A stretch of DNA of 64,000 bases from Iphione sp. A-MEVVRFRX5 (GCA_976226885.1 OZ320315.1:73346001-73410000), one strand, 5' to 3'. Numbered from the stretch's first letter, positions 1-12,386 are shown. Numbers and translations: made by a program. The notes: generated from the sequence alone by a model not told the origin.

Positions 1-344
1 TAGATAGTGAGAATATCCATAGGCCGGTGTCTGCCCACCTTAAAGCGGGTGTGGAGGATATCAGAGCAAGACTCTTCATGCGTGACTCCTCCAGATTCTA
101 GGAGTTCGATGCCCTCCTTATAGTAAACTGCAACACCTCCACCTCGGACCTTCTTACCAGCCAGTCGATCTTGTCGCACCAGCTGGTATCCAGGAATGTT
201 TAATTCCTTGTCCAATATGGACTTTCCTAACCAGGTCTCACTTAGGCAGCAGATGTCCACATTGTCCTGATGAAGTAGCTGCGATAATTGCCAAACTTTC
301 TTAGTTAGGCTCCGAATATTATAAGCAACTATGCGGAAACCCAT
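1..344 (-). CDS. ORF2 N-terminus: AP-endonuclease (APE/EEP) domain of a LINE; partial at window edge, not in the ORF track
   Basis: Manual translation from ATG at 344: MGFRIVAYNIRSLTKKVWQLSQLLHQDNVDICCLSETWLGKSILDKELNIPGYQLVRQDRLAGKKVRGGGVAVYYKEG. This contains the N-I-R-S-L, D-I-x-x-L-S-E-T-W-L, G-Y-x-x-x-R-x-D-R and G-G-G-V-A-V-Y motifs of CR1/L2-like APE domains. Confidence 0.92.
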   Translation of the reverse strand, partial: MGFRIVAYNIRSLTKKVWQLSQLLHQDNVDICCLSETWLGKSILDKELNIPGYQLVRQDRLAGKKVRGGGVAVYYKEGIELLESGGVTHEESCSDILHTRFKVGRHRPMDILTI

Positions 345-1171
345 GGTAACTTCCCACAGTTGCAGCACAAGGTTAGTAGGATTGGGATTGTGGTGGAAAG
401 GGGATTAGACTCCTCACGGTCTTAAAATTAACGATTTGTGATGTGGTGTAATTGATAGCTATTTGGGAATAGTAAAGCGTGAGGGAGGATTAATTCCAGT
501 GGGTGGGGAAAATAGTTTAGTGGTGTGGTGATTTGCATGGATGAGACCAGATACAAGCACATGCGGTAATCGACATACATATAATAGTCCACCGCCCCCG
601 TCGGCAAGCGGTGCACCGTGTTATCGAGTATTGTCTAGGATAATATAGTGTGCTTGGTTTCCAGGATGAAAACAGAGGTAGCGCAAATACAGCAAGGTTT
701 CAGGCACATTCATACAGACAGTAATAACTACCAGACTACTAGATACATGAGAAGGTCGAAACCTCTATTCACAACTTGAGTTAACATAATCTCGTGTAAC
801 CACCAACAGTGATTTAGGGAGGTATGGACGGTCACCATGGTCACCGGGGCAACAAGCGATAGGTCAGTGTGAAAATGCGATTAGTGGTATATTAGATGGA
901 GAATGCAGCATTCAAGAGTCTTGGATATTATCATACGACACCCATGTACAATTAGATAGCATGTAACACTCTCCAGAAAAACAGTCTGAGATAAACATGG
1001 AACCAGATCACAGTGCAGGTATTACTCCAAAAAACAATCAATCTACACCCTATCATTTTGTAAAACGGTGGGTTTCCATGACGGGTGTTGACACTGAAGG
1101 ATTCACTGATCATAGGCATCAACTCGATAACTCAACATGTTGGCATCACAGGTATACTAAGTCCCGAGGTC

Positions 1172-1873
1172 CTAGTACCAATAATGGACCGGCGGCCCAT
1201 ACATGTTGAAGAACTGACACAAGAAGCGTGCCACTTCATCACACCAATCATTTATCACATAAGCCTCAACATTTATACCGTCCAGTAAGAGATGTTCACC
1301 ATTCACCCCCCAGACATCATTACTGTGACTGTTTACAAGTCTGTCCAACCCTGGCGGGTGAAGGCCATACCTTCTGCCTGTTAGATTGCTGACCCTGTTG
1401 TGAATCCTAGTCAGGTCATTTAGGATGATTTGCTGATAAGGGAATTCATAGTAGAGGTCCGGTTCGCAGCGCCTCAGCATGATGCCAGGCACAGGTGCAA
1501 CCACGAGTCTCGCACCCCTGCCGTCCATTCCTCGTGCTATTGTTGTCAGCCTACCGATGTCCATTAGCAGCCGGTCCACATACCCGTCCACTGACTGGTT
1601 GCGCGGTGTCCACTGACAGCATTCTCGTCTGATGATGTCGAACGTGCCAGTCATAAGCAGGACTAAATCAACATCCGACCAGGAAATTGACCGACCCAGG
1701 CGTCGAAGCCTTGAGTATGTTACCCGTCTCACTCGCAGTACCTGTAGAAACATCGGCGGTAATGGCATCTGCCTCAGTCGAGACATTATCCATCTTGTGC
1801 GACTGTCAACCACGATCAGAACCCTAATACACCAGCAGTCCGGTATATTGTAGTGCGTCCGAATGACAGTCAC
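1172..1873 (-). CDS. SGNH/GDSL-hydrolase-fold protein (esterase-like), probably catalytically impaired
   Basis: RVLIVVDS (block I-like), DLVLLMTGTFDI (block III GxND-like, N to F), HLLLDGINV (block V DGxH-like, H to N). Alignable with 61826..62536. The track start is a GTG overlapping CAG, and there is no ATG before block I. Confidence 0.7.
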   Translation of the reverse strand: MTVIRTHYNIPDCWCIRVLIVVDSRTRWIMSRLRQMPLPPMFLQVLRVRRVTYSRLRRLGRSISWSDVDLVLLMTGTFDIIRRECCQWTPRNQSVDGYVDRLLMDIGRLTTIARGMDGRGARLVVAPVPGIMLRRCEPDLYYEFPYQQIILNDLTRIHNRVSNLTGRRYGLHPPGLDRLVNSHSNDVWGVNGEHLLLDGINVEAYVINDWCDEVARFLCQFFNMYGPPVHYWY

Positions 1874-2070
1874 TGCAGCAGAACGTCATACACATGATCA
1901 GTAAGCAGCAAGAGCTTGTCGCTGTAGTTCACATATCACACTTAATTGAGTAGCAGGCGCACATCTTTGACAATGTACGACAACCAAAAATATAACAAGC
2001 TACGGACACCATCATTTATACATCGACATAAATCAACATGCGACATGACTCGTAGATGTAACATCACTCG

Positions 2071-3504
2071 TTAACTGCTGATGATCTTATCCCTGAAGCG
2101 CGTAAGTGCTTTACCTAGCATGTTTGAGGCATTTTCTGCGTAACCGGCACTGCTATCATCTAGCGTTATAACACCAGCACCTAGACGCGGGTCATAATCA
2201 AGATATACTAACGATCTATTGCCCGTGTTCTTTAAAAAGATAATTAACTCTGGATTTGCGTTGTATTTGCACTCAATGAGAGTGTCTAGGGTTACCTCGA
2301 CAGCGTCCTTCCATAATTGAGATTCTTTTATCCTTTTGCCAATACGGCGCGATTCGTAGCCCGAAACAGCGTTGTTGATGTCTCGCTCCGCGCGAGAATC
2401 AGCGCAAATGCGCGATTTGCAAGAGTTGAACGCAGTTTCGAGGCAGTCGTAGACATTGCCATCTAGTTCCAGCGGCGAGTTTTCTGTGGGAGATAAGCCA
2501 GGCGTGTCGTTGGAGAATCCCAGTATGTTGTCCTTCTCTTCCATCTTCTCTATCTCCTGTAGGATCTCATCGGGCAACGAGTGATGGTCTAGCGGCGTGT
2601 AACGCTCCCCCTCGATCAGAAGGTCCACGCCTCGCACAGTCGCGCGTTTCCCGTTCTTGCGAGCAGACGATGCTAGTCGTGCCTGTTTGCGATGAGTGTC
2701 CATCGCTCTCGGCGGTATGTCCTCCTTCACGAAAATCTTGTTGTACTCCGTTTTGGCGAGACTGGCTCTGTTCTTCAATATTAGATTCCTCGTCTCTATG
2801 CTGTCAAGTCTTACGCCAACCCGTGTGGTGTAGGTATCCTCCGTGAGGACATAGACATCTCGGATCTTCCGCCTGTGGATGCCAGCACACGCATGGAGCA
2901 CGGAGGCCACAAATTGATCTACATTGAGAGATTCCTTCTTGGGGATCCCTTCAACTACAATTCTGTGGCTGCGTTCTTTGATGTCTTTCCTCGATACGTC
3001 TAGATCAACTCTGTCACATTTCTTCTCCACACAAGTTATCCTCGCCTTCAGGCCGTCGGTTGCACGTTGTGACTTCTTCTCCATGAGATCCCGCTGCGCC
3101 TCCAGTTTGCTGGTAAGTTTAACGTTCTCGTCACGCAGGGCAGCAATCTCCTTCCTGAGCTCAGAAGTGATATGATTGAAATCCTTGCGTAGCTCAATCA
3201 TTTGATCTCTCAGCTGTTCAAATGATTTAGAATCTCTCTTGGTGCTGTCAGCGCCCACACCATTGCGAGTAGTGTTGTCGGAGTTGACAGCATTGACAGC
3301 TGTGTCAGCCGTGGGTTTGTTGACATTGTGGTCCCGCTCAATGATGGCGTCGTTCTTGGTATTATCGCCCGCACCCAGTTTGTCCTCCGACAATTTCTGG
3401 GTACCATCCTGATTCCCTTCCGGTCGCCCTCCTCTGGTCATCGAACGAAGGACTGGTGTCTTAGCACCATCCTTGTTCACGTTTGATTGAGTTAACTTTG
3501 GCAT
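2071..3504 (-). CDS. LINE ORF1: disordered N-terminus, coiled coil, L1-type RRM/CTD, C-terminal NADAR (YbiA-like) domain
   Basis: Heptad-rich FEQLRDQMIELRKDFNHITSELRKEIAALRDEN; RSHRIVVEGIP and KIFVKEDIPP (ORF1 RRM/CTD-type); NADAR-like LSPTENSPLELDGNVYDCLETAFNSCK...ESRRIGK...KYNANPELIIFLKNTG...DPRLGAG...ASNMLGKALTRFRDKI. First ATG is at 3504; the track extends to a GTG at 3555. Confidence 0.85.
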   Translation of the reverse strand: MPKLTQSNVNKDGAKTPVLRSMTRGGRPEGNQDGTQKLSEDKLGAGDNTKNDAIIERDHNVNKPTADTAVNAVNSDNTTRNGVGADSTKRDSKSFEQLRDQMIELRKDFNHITSELRKEIAALRDENVKLTSKLEAQRDLMEKKSQRATDGLKARITCVEKKCDRVDLDVSRKDIKERSHRIVVEGIPKKESLNVDQFVASVLHACAGIHRRKIRDVYVLTEDTYTTRVGVRLDSIETRNLILKNRASLAKTEYNKIFVKEDIPPRAMDTHRKQARLASSARKNGKRATVRGVDLLIEGERYTPLDHHSLPDEILQEIEKMEEKDNILGFSNDTPGLSPTENSPLELDGNVYDCLETAFNSCKSRICADSRAERDINNAVSGYESRRIGKRIKESQLWKDAVEVTLDTLIECKYNANPELIIFLKNTGNRSLVYLDYDPRLGAGVITLDDSSAGYAENASNMLGKALTRFRDKIISS

Positions 3505-3555
3505 GACTACCTTAAAAGCACTCTTCCTTGAGGAGTCTAACCACCTACGCGTCAC

Positions 3556-3570
3556 CTACTCTTGCGCCAT
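3556..3570 (-). promoter_or_regulatory. 4-codon uORF / ATGGCG leader motif (MAQE*) upstream of ORF1
   Basis: ATG GCG CAA GAG TAG, 66 nt upstream of the ORF1 ATG. The equivalent ATG GCG TCT GAA TAG occurs in member B. Confidence 0.5.
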
Positions 3571-4655
3571 TTAAATTTATGGATTTTTTTTTCTGTACAT
3601 TTGGCACTCTTCGCTTGAATTTTAATATCTGTACGCTGTATCGACGTTTGGCTGCGTGCTATAGCTATTATCAGCCAAATGTGTATTTTTAGCATGCATG
3701 TTCAGTCCACAAACCAACGTATCCTATGCACAAAGCCTGCATAAACCATTAAAACACTGATCACAAGATACCAAATGTCCTGCAGTTCGCTGTGAAAGTA
3801 CCTTGCAACACTAGGAGTGTGACTAACCATAAAACAATGGGCAAGTGACTAGGCCAGAGAAATTAATATTACAAAAAGATTTAATATGGCTGATATGATG
3901 AAGCCGGAAGTTAGACACCATTTGGTTGGATGCCAAAGATTACAGAAAAAGCATTCTAAATGAAGGAGTTACTGACATGTAAGTAAAAGGACTGCAAGTT
4001 GATAATTACTTTACAGTATAGAACACTTCTACATGTATTTGTCTATGGAGTCTGATGAAACTATGCATGACCCTATACAAACCGAAACAGCAAAATTTTC
4101 ACTATGTGAGTGTACAGTATAACAAACCTAAAAAGTGTATTTATGCTTGGTGCGACAACAGCACAGATACAGTTGAGTCCCAATTTGCAATTAGTGGTGC
4201 AGTCCGAGTTCAAATGGTCGCAATAGCAAGTTTGGCCAGAAATCGATCGAGTAGAGAGTCTGGGCTTGAAAAAATATTTTAGCAGAAACGTGTCTGTCAT
4301 CCGCTACTTCCTCACCATGTGGTATGAGTATAGGTTAAGAATAGACTTCAGGGTTGATTGTTATTATGTAATCTGGTGTCTAGACATTGCGTTAGAGTGG
4401 TCACCTGGTTCCTCCGGTAACCACTCCGGTAGCTTTTTAACAAAGCAACCAATCAGAAGGTTGCAGGGGTTATATTTAGCAACAGGACTAGACAGAATGT
4501 CTAGACACACTCCAAGAGAGCACCATTCCAGCAGGCTATATTTCTGCATTGGGAGTGAATTTTATTTTATGATCATTGTCATTATTTCTTGTCGCTTCCC
4601 TTGTCAGAGACCAAGCCCATGTTACAATATCCCTTTCTCCCTCTGTCTCTATTAA

Positions 4656-4835
4656 TGTCAGAGAGGTTGATGCCCTCAGTCTCTCCAACCAGCCTCTCCA
4701 GGGTGTGAGGTACATCAGAGAGGTCACTGTTGACACCCTCGGTCTCCCCCAACCAGCCCCTCTATGGTATTAGGAACATCAGAGAGGTTGCCATTGATGC
4801 CCCGTCTCTCCCAACCAGCCCCTCCAGGGTGTATA
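4656..4835. repeat. About 3 imperfect tandem copies of a 58-63 bp unit
   Basis: Recurring TCAGAGAGGT...GA(T/C)(G/A)CCC...TCTC(T/C)C(C)AACCAGCC(C/T)CT at about 4657, 4715 and 4778. Confidence 0.75.
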
Positions 4836-7119
4836 GACTGCGAATTGGTTGGAAATTGATATTAAAATACAGTAGAACTGGATAGTGTGGTCCGACCCTG
4901 AAATTGGTCAGAAATTGATTTGGTCTGTAATCAATAATCAATCGCATTGGTTATGTATGGGGAAAACTTTGGTACCAAGCTCAACTGGTCAGAATGGCTG
5001 GTTTGGTCAGAATTCGCAGGGGTCAGAAATAGAAACTCCACCGTAAGTTGTGACCCCATTGTGTGTTGTATTACCTGTCTCGTGTTGGCTGTACAACTGA
5101 TTCTTTACAAATCCTTTGAGAGAAAACCTCCTTTGTAATGAAGTTCCCGCTCCCCACAAGATTTGTGGTCTTAGGCCACTTTCCACATGTCTATCTTTTA
5201 AAAACTTTAAGAGGAGGATAAATTTGAACATAAAGATTTAAAAGGGAAACTTATTTATAAATAAATGTCTAGTCAAAATTCCATGAGTACCGTCGACTTT
5301 AGATAGTGTGAAGGTTGGCTACATTGCTACAAAGATTGACCCAATATGATGAAGTCCAAGAGGATATTCATGATGGGAATCAGACATGGCTGTTCTGCCA
5401 CCTGATGCCTTCCCTGGTAATAGGACATGTCAAGAGGGAGAAGTAGAACATAGGCAAGATTACCATCGCCTGGTCTACAAACGCAACAGACATGGGTAAG
5501 CGCCAGCCATTCATCAGTGCAAACGCCGCTCACCAGCGCTGTTTCTGCCGCAGTGTAAATCCCAGTACACGCTGCAAGTTCAATTCACAGGCATGGATGA
5601 CCAGAGAGGTTTAGACTGAGATGGTCTTGTGCTGGACAAGTGAGCTTAGGCCAAGGGCAAACACTGTTTTGTCATGCTACAACAGATATCATGACATTGT
5701 GTATATCTGCTCACGCTAATTAGTTTCCGTCACCTATCGGGAATGAATACAGTTTCATTTCCAATGATACGTTACGTTTATGTGCAATGAATTCATCGAT
5801 TTATTAATGATTTATCATCATAAAGAATGTGAGATATGTTTCAGTATGTGCTTGTCTACACATTATGATTTTGGAAGAGAAGGATAAAGTACGGCAAACA
5901 TCTAATTATACGTCAAATAACTTACAAAACTATCTGATGAGGAACTATCAAGAAAGTACCAAAAATACCATGGTTAAAGAAGTATTACAGTTTGAAAACT
6001 ACACATTAGTCCAGTCATCTTTACTAACGAGCCCCAGGAAGGAATCCCAGTCTCACACGCATACCTTGGGTCGGCATGGTTGACCAACCCTTGGCTCTCT
6101 GTCTGCATTTATGGTGTGGTGTGCTGTGGCCAAAGGCAGCAAAGGATAGAATTGCTGTGGGTGTGAAAAGAGCTCTCACTGTTCTTCCAGTGCTACTTGG
6201 GGCCCCTGGTATTGCCAGCTCCTGCCAAGATGTAGAATTAACATCTTAATGCACACCTCCATAACGGCCGTCTTGTCTGGTGACATCATTTGGGACACTA
6301 AGGATCAGCAGAAGTTATGGCTTGCTCTCTCCGATTCATTCTCTACGCAACCACATGCATGTATATGATCATGGATTTTATCTTTTCCCGATCAGAGTCA
6401 GCATCAGCCTGCATCTGTTGCAACAATTGCTACATTTCGTCGTCATCATTATGCTTTGTCTGTTTCCTTAGTGACGCCTTTTGGGCGATAGTTCCTGTCT
6501 TTGGTACTAATGCCCAGCATGGTTGTGCCAGTGGATCTTAGGGTACAGTCTCTTGTTTAGGCCCATTTTCCATATCTGCGTTTGTGTCCGGATACATTTA
6601 TCTGTCTTTTTATCCATCATGTTGATTACAATGTGGGTGACCCTTATATGTCGGAGCTGTCCATGTACATTGCTGTGTATTGCCCATTATTGGTACATAC
6701 TGGATAATTTTTCCACACGCACACATCAATGCCTATTTCTTCAAATTTACTCATATTACTTACTTTTTACTGTGATTCATGCACATTTATGCACGTCCAT
6801 ATTTTATCCTTTTTCACACTTTTACCATCAATTTCGGCAGCTTTCACTCGTTGTTGTCCTTTTTCCCAATAATTTCGTTTTTGCCCGTTTTGTCCTTTTC
6901 CCCATCAATTTTGATGGTTTTTCTTCATTTTGGTTATAATTTGTCTCTTTGGCATCAATTTTGGTGGTTTTTGCTTGTTTTTGTCCATTTCCCATTCAAT
7001 TTTACCTGTTTTCCTACAAGTAAAAAGCTCAGAGTACACCCTCTCTGTGAGCTTGCGGGGAAGAAAAAACGCATGTATACCAATGCACATGGGCTTCTCC
7101 CACAGTTCTCCGCGGACAT

Positions 7120-7400
7120 GGAAACTGGACCTTAAGGTATGTCCTCTTACTAAATAAGTACTACATATTTTTACACATTGTCTATCTTTATTTAGGTATG
7201 TGGCTGCAGGGGAGTCATTCACCGGTCTCTCCCAATACTCTTGACTGGTCTGCACAACTGTCAGTCAGATTGTGCATGAGGTTTCGGTGGGCATCTGCAC
7301 CCAACTCAACTCCGAGGAGCAATGGCAACTCATCGCTGCCAACATCAAACAGTGGTGGAACCTCCCAAATTGCCTCAGGGCAGTTGATGGGAAACATATC
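7120..7400 (+). pseudogene. PIF/Harbinger transposase relic with a 59-nt intron
   Basis: LR|YVAAGESFTGLSQYS*LVCTTVSQIVHEVS...QWQLIAANIKQWWNLPNCLRAVDGKH matches the Harbinger RYLATGxSF...STVSxIVxEV...WNFPNCxGAIDGKH pattern. Intron 7137..7195 is GT-AG. One in-frame stop. Confidence 0.8.
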
Positions 7401-10400
7401 ATCCATGTTCTTAAAAGAACCCAAATCACCTGCACTACATTTAAAAAGGGACTTTCTTACAGAGGTATGATTGTAACTCGGATGCAAGCATAGAAAACAA
7501 CGACCAGGCATGACAGACAAAGTTTCTACAAAAAAATTGAAACATGTCAAGCGGGTAAGCACAATGGACAACAGTGGCTGAGGAAGAGCATGGGGTCAAG
7601 CACAGGTGGGGAGGTTTCACATATTCTATTTTAACATATTTTGTCACCCTGTACACGGATCCATATAAGGGAAAAACGGTGTTTGTCTGACCGCCTTCAC
7701 GGCCCTACATCTGAATACGTTACGATCCCACCACACATTGGTAGGTTTAACACGTTTGCACGGAATGGCCGTCTATATGTAGACGTCACCCTACACAGTT
7801 CCCATAAATCCACCCGCCAATGGCAAGCACCTTTTACTGCTAAGAATATACTCTGGTAAACAGGAAAATACATGAAACATGTGATTTATAACATGCTTCA
7901 ATTCTCATGGACTAATGAGTTGACACCTTGTGGTTAGTTGTCCCTTGACCTATAAGTTTACAGCCAGATCATCCATATTCATGTGTCGCAAGCCAGCCTT
8001 AATTTTTCCGTCAAGAAGCATGATTGATGTATGTCGAGGGACCTTAACATGAGCGCACCTTACATAATAATGTCCGCACAGGCAATGATGACAGGTCAGA
8101 GTAGTAGGTTACCTAAAGGCCGATGCTAGTTTGCTGCTCTTTGCTTGACGAGTGACCATATTCTGTCTCTCACACGCCCACCCACCCAGACACCCACAAA
8201 TCTCCAATGCCAACACACGATCCTTCGAGTTAGGTCTTGAACTATGCCTATTTCCCTGCACTCCTTATGAATAAGTGATAAGCGAGCATTCCCTGAGGTA
8301 TTTTCTAGTATCTAATAATCCTTTATGATATAGCGTCTGCTTCTCTGCTCATTGGTCGGAGGATGGGTGTAGTACGTTTATGGAGGTAGTTGTCGGCTAA
8401 CACTAATGCATCCTGCCGACGGTCCACCCTTTGATTCGACCTATTCACGTTGTTAAAACGCCCTAGCTGGTGCACACCAGCTTATTTATGTGGTAATGCT
8501 ACTATGGCAGCAACAATCGCTTCTCGCCCACAAAATGGGGACCTTATGTTTGCCGTCGAACAATGAATAGCCAGGATTTCTTTTTATTATTCCATCACTG
8601 GACGAAAAAAAGCTGCCCATTCGACTCAGGTAATGTATCGTGTGAGAGTCTGCTGTGTTAAGTTGGCACATCATACGTACATACATAAAGGTATCTGTAC
8701 GTAGGTGGTCTAGGACCTATTATTCACCACCACAGCACGTCTACATACATATACGTAGACATTACAGCCACTGTCCACATGGTGCGAGAGTGCTGTCATC
8801 TTACCGTGAGTACAGTTGGGATTAGTCGAGAAGTTTTGCTTGATACGTAATCATGCTTTCCTGTAAAAGATGCTCTGATAGTGCGATGACAGTGAAATGG
8901 TGTCTCAGTTTTTGAAAAGCACATATATAAAGATGCATGTGAGCCAGCAGGTCTGAAACTACTGAAAAAGAAGCTCAGCTTCCTTTAAGTTCACATGTGT
9001 ATCCTGACCTTAGCCAAACATTTCACCTGCGGCTATTGCATCGAATGTGCGTGATATTTGCTACGACATGAACTAATAATGCCAGTGAGCAGAAAATACC
9101 ATGCAATTTATATATGTTAATGGTTGGTACTATTCGAAGAGAATGTTAAAGTCTACTCCCTATAATACTACTGTAAAAAGAAGATGCAAAAGAAAGTAAT
9201 TATTTTGGTATGATCAAGGAAAGGCGTTCCAAACAAGGTGAACTATGAAATAAACTGAAGATGCCATTCATGACAAAAGAATTTCAATTTTCCTTACAGC
9301 ATTTTTTGGGATGAAATATATGCTTAACTTCCCTATCAGATTAGTTATTTTAATGAATGTGCCGTCAGCCGTTATGATCTGAACGGAGTATATTTCAGCC
9401 GATTCTATTTGATATGATGTTTGTTTAGCCATTGAAATGTCAATGTACATGACCTTTATGCTGATACGTTTTCTTAACTTATCTTCTGCTTATGAGATGT
9501 TTCTTGACTTATCTGCTGTTCATGAGATGTTCATATACATAGGATTTGTCTGTGCGAACTCTCGTGAAATCCTCTCGATCATATTCACTAAAAGAATGTT
9601 TATATACGTACTCTCTCTCTTACATATAACATGACGGCGCGGCACTAGAACGGTAAGCACAGACTCACTCTAATACGTCTTATTTCAGCAGAATACAGCA
9701 GACAAACATCACGTAGGTTTTTAAATTAAGAAGAATAAATAGCGTTAGACAGCGTCATATTGAACAGATCTAGTATCGCCTACAGGGCAACTAGATTACA
9801 TTTAAACTTACAAATAGGAAGGGAAAAGTAATCTTTTTCATTGCTGTATGTGTATTTTACATCCTAGGTGCAGGACTAGATAGAATGTACAGTTCTGCTT
9901 GTTGTCGTGTTGTCTTTTCGTTGCATGCAGTCTTTTAGCTTCCGTACAGCTTCTCGATATACAAGTCATAATCTTTAGGTGAGAAAATGACAAAGAACAT
10001 GAACCGGTAATGGGAACTGTAACTAAATAATGTGATGGGGATGTCGAACGTTTTCCTACAGTCAGAAATATAGCTGCTTGTTGTCAGAAGCGGTGATGGC
10101 CTATTTGAAAATTTCTGCTGCCGTATCTAGTTGAGTCTCCATCATCAACTCGCATAAATCTACTTTCCACAGTGTAGTTGTGCCAGACCTTGGTGGAAAT
10201 TCCACCTCAAACATGTGACTATCCTTTCACTGCACAACCTCGGTTTCTTTCCTTCAATGAAATAAATACATAGGAATAGCTGTTTCCCTTTCATTGTGCA
10301 TGTATTATTTCTTTCATTTACCGAGGTTGCAGTGTACTAGCATTTTCGTTCGTAGACGTGTCTTTTACAGATTTGTCTTCAATTCTAAATCCAACTATTT

Positions 10401-12386
10401 CAGGTATAAGTATGGCGTCTCCAAGAAAACTTAGTTCCTTTTCCGCATACATTGATACTGCATATCGTGTAGCCATCCTGGTGCATAGGCTGGAATTTCT
10501 TCTTGCTCTCATTACCGTTAATATAGTTCTTCTTTTGTAGTGTAGCAGCCTCTCAGAGTGCAAGGCCTGCCTTCTTGGTCGCTTCCTAAATCATGCTGGT
10601 TGTACTCCCCAAGTATTTTGAACTGGCCCTGCCGTCTGCAGCAGCATTGGGGTATGGATCCAAAAGTCATAGCGGAAGGCATTTCTCTCATATGAAAATC
10701 AGCAGATTACGAATAACTTCCAAGGAAGAAACGTGTTACGTGATATATCGTCATCATGAAAGGCTGGATCATATCTCATTCCCATTCTCCGCTTTGCACA
10801 ATATTCTGCTTATTATCAGTAAATCGTTTCAATAATCCCATCACTTTGGTAATGTAATTCTGTTGATTATGTTTTAGATATTTCAAAGGCATGGCATAAT
10901 ACTTGACTAAAGTCTTGTCTTTTAAAGTTTCTTCCTCAGTCCAAACATAGCTCATTGAAGGTTCTGTATCTCTTCAAACATTTAACAATATATTGACGGA
11001 CATATGAGATGATCCCTGGACGAGCGCGATAGGAGGTGTGTATCTATAAGCCGGGCCGTCGGCCTCAAACATTTGAATGTTCTGACATGAAATATAGAAG
11101 AACTGAATAATTTTTACTTATGACCGGGTGTTCAATTGAGCTGTCTGAGTGTACAGATAAGAGACATGCCTTGGTTTTTGGTGTGCACATTCAACAGTCT
11201 TATCAGTGTAGATTATGTAGCTATCCCGAGCTGGCAATAGGGGTGTGCTCATTTATACTAGACCACAGATAAGACACTAGGGCAAAGGTGTCTTGGGCAC
11301 TTGACATGATGAAAATGGGTATTTTTAGATCATTGGCACACATGTCCACACATGTCCGCACATTTCTGCACAATTGTCATACTTTTTCTAGTGAAATTCA
11401 ACAGCTTTTATATTTTTCCAGTGAAATTCACCAGTATTCATACTTTTTTTTTCAGTGAAATTTGCCACTGTTCTTACTTTTCCCAGTGGAAAAACCCTAC
11501 CACTACTGACGCACATGTGTACATCCCTTCCTGTGTCACCTAAACAGTCTCACATATGTCTCCCCTGATCTATCTGGCTTCCATATGTCTCCCCTGACCG
11601 ATCTGCCTTCCATTTAAGCTTGGTAATGAACACACCACTTGAGACAATAGTTTGAGCCAAGGTACAGCAAGTAGAGATAAGACACGAAAAATCAACATGT
11701 TGTGATTGACAGTATGTTTTTTTAACCCATTGAGGCTAAGGGGATGGTGCTTAAATAATATACGTCCCAATGTTATGTTACATTTATTGGAGCTATTAAC
11801 CTGACAATTCCTGATGCTACGAAATCGCTATTACTTTGTGCCGTTCCATTTTGCCATATGCCAACAGACGAGACCTAAAATCCATAAAGACAGATCCATC
11901 GCTGACCTACCTAATTTATGTCGCCCATGTGACCTAGAAGATAAAGGTCATGCTATTATGCCTTGTGTTTTTGCTCAAACATGTATAACTAGAAAAGTCA
12001 CCAAATGAAGCTGGAAATAAATTTGTGCCGTGAATAAGAATTGTTATTGTTCTAGACCTGTCTGAGTGTAAAAACTACAGCACAGGTTATCCACCTGAAG
12101 ACCATCGTTTTGGAACAAACTCCCCAACAATAAAGAGAGTTTAGTCCAACAATGGTTGATCATATGTGCATTACAACATTATAAGGAGGAAAACTATTCT
12201 TTGTGCCACCAGGTTTCTATTTGAGAACCTTTCATGCATTGGCAAATATTTGTCAGAGGACAAGTAATTTCAAAATAAAGCATTGAGTGATTGTTTCAGT
12301 AACGTGATGCTTTCTCCTTATTATCTATTGATTGATGTGTAGAGGATGTCGTAATGTAGACTGTACTCTGTGACTTGTTAGAAGAA

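Larger units (their letters stand above)
1..3570 (-). mobile_element. Non-LTR retrotransposon, member A (uORF + ORF1-NADAR + SGNH-like ORF + APE-type ORF2); runs off the window start
   Basis: Same-strand order ORF1 (2071..3504), SGNH-like ORF (1172..1873), APE start (344..1). The same order and alignable proteins occur at 60128..64000. Confidence 0.9.

Noticed and set aside
2071-2520. Bacterial DarT-NADAR toxin-antitoxin or riboflavin-pathway operon / contamination
   Set aside because: No ADP-ribosyltransferase or rib genes nearby. The NADAR is fused to a LINE-type ORF1, and the context has spliceosomal introns and eukaryotic transposons.
5800-6750. MADF/Myb-like partner gene of the Harbinger relic (also a similar hint at 10000..10800)
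   Set aside because: Only faint fragments (WKNY, YDP, ELSFLGD) with many stops. Plausible but not supportable without a profile search.
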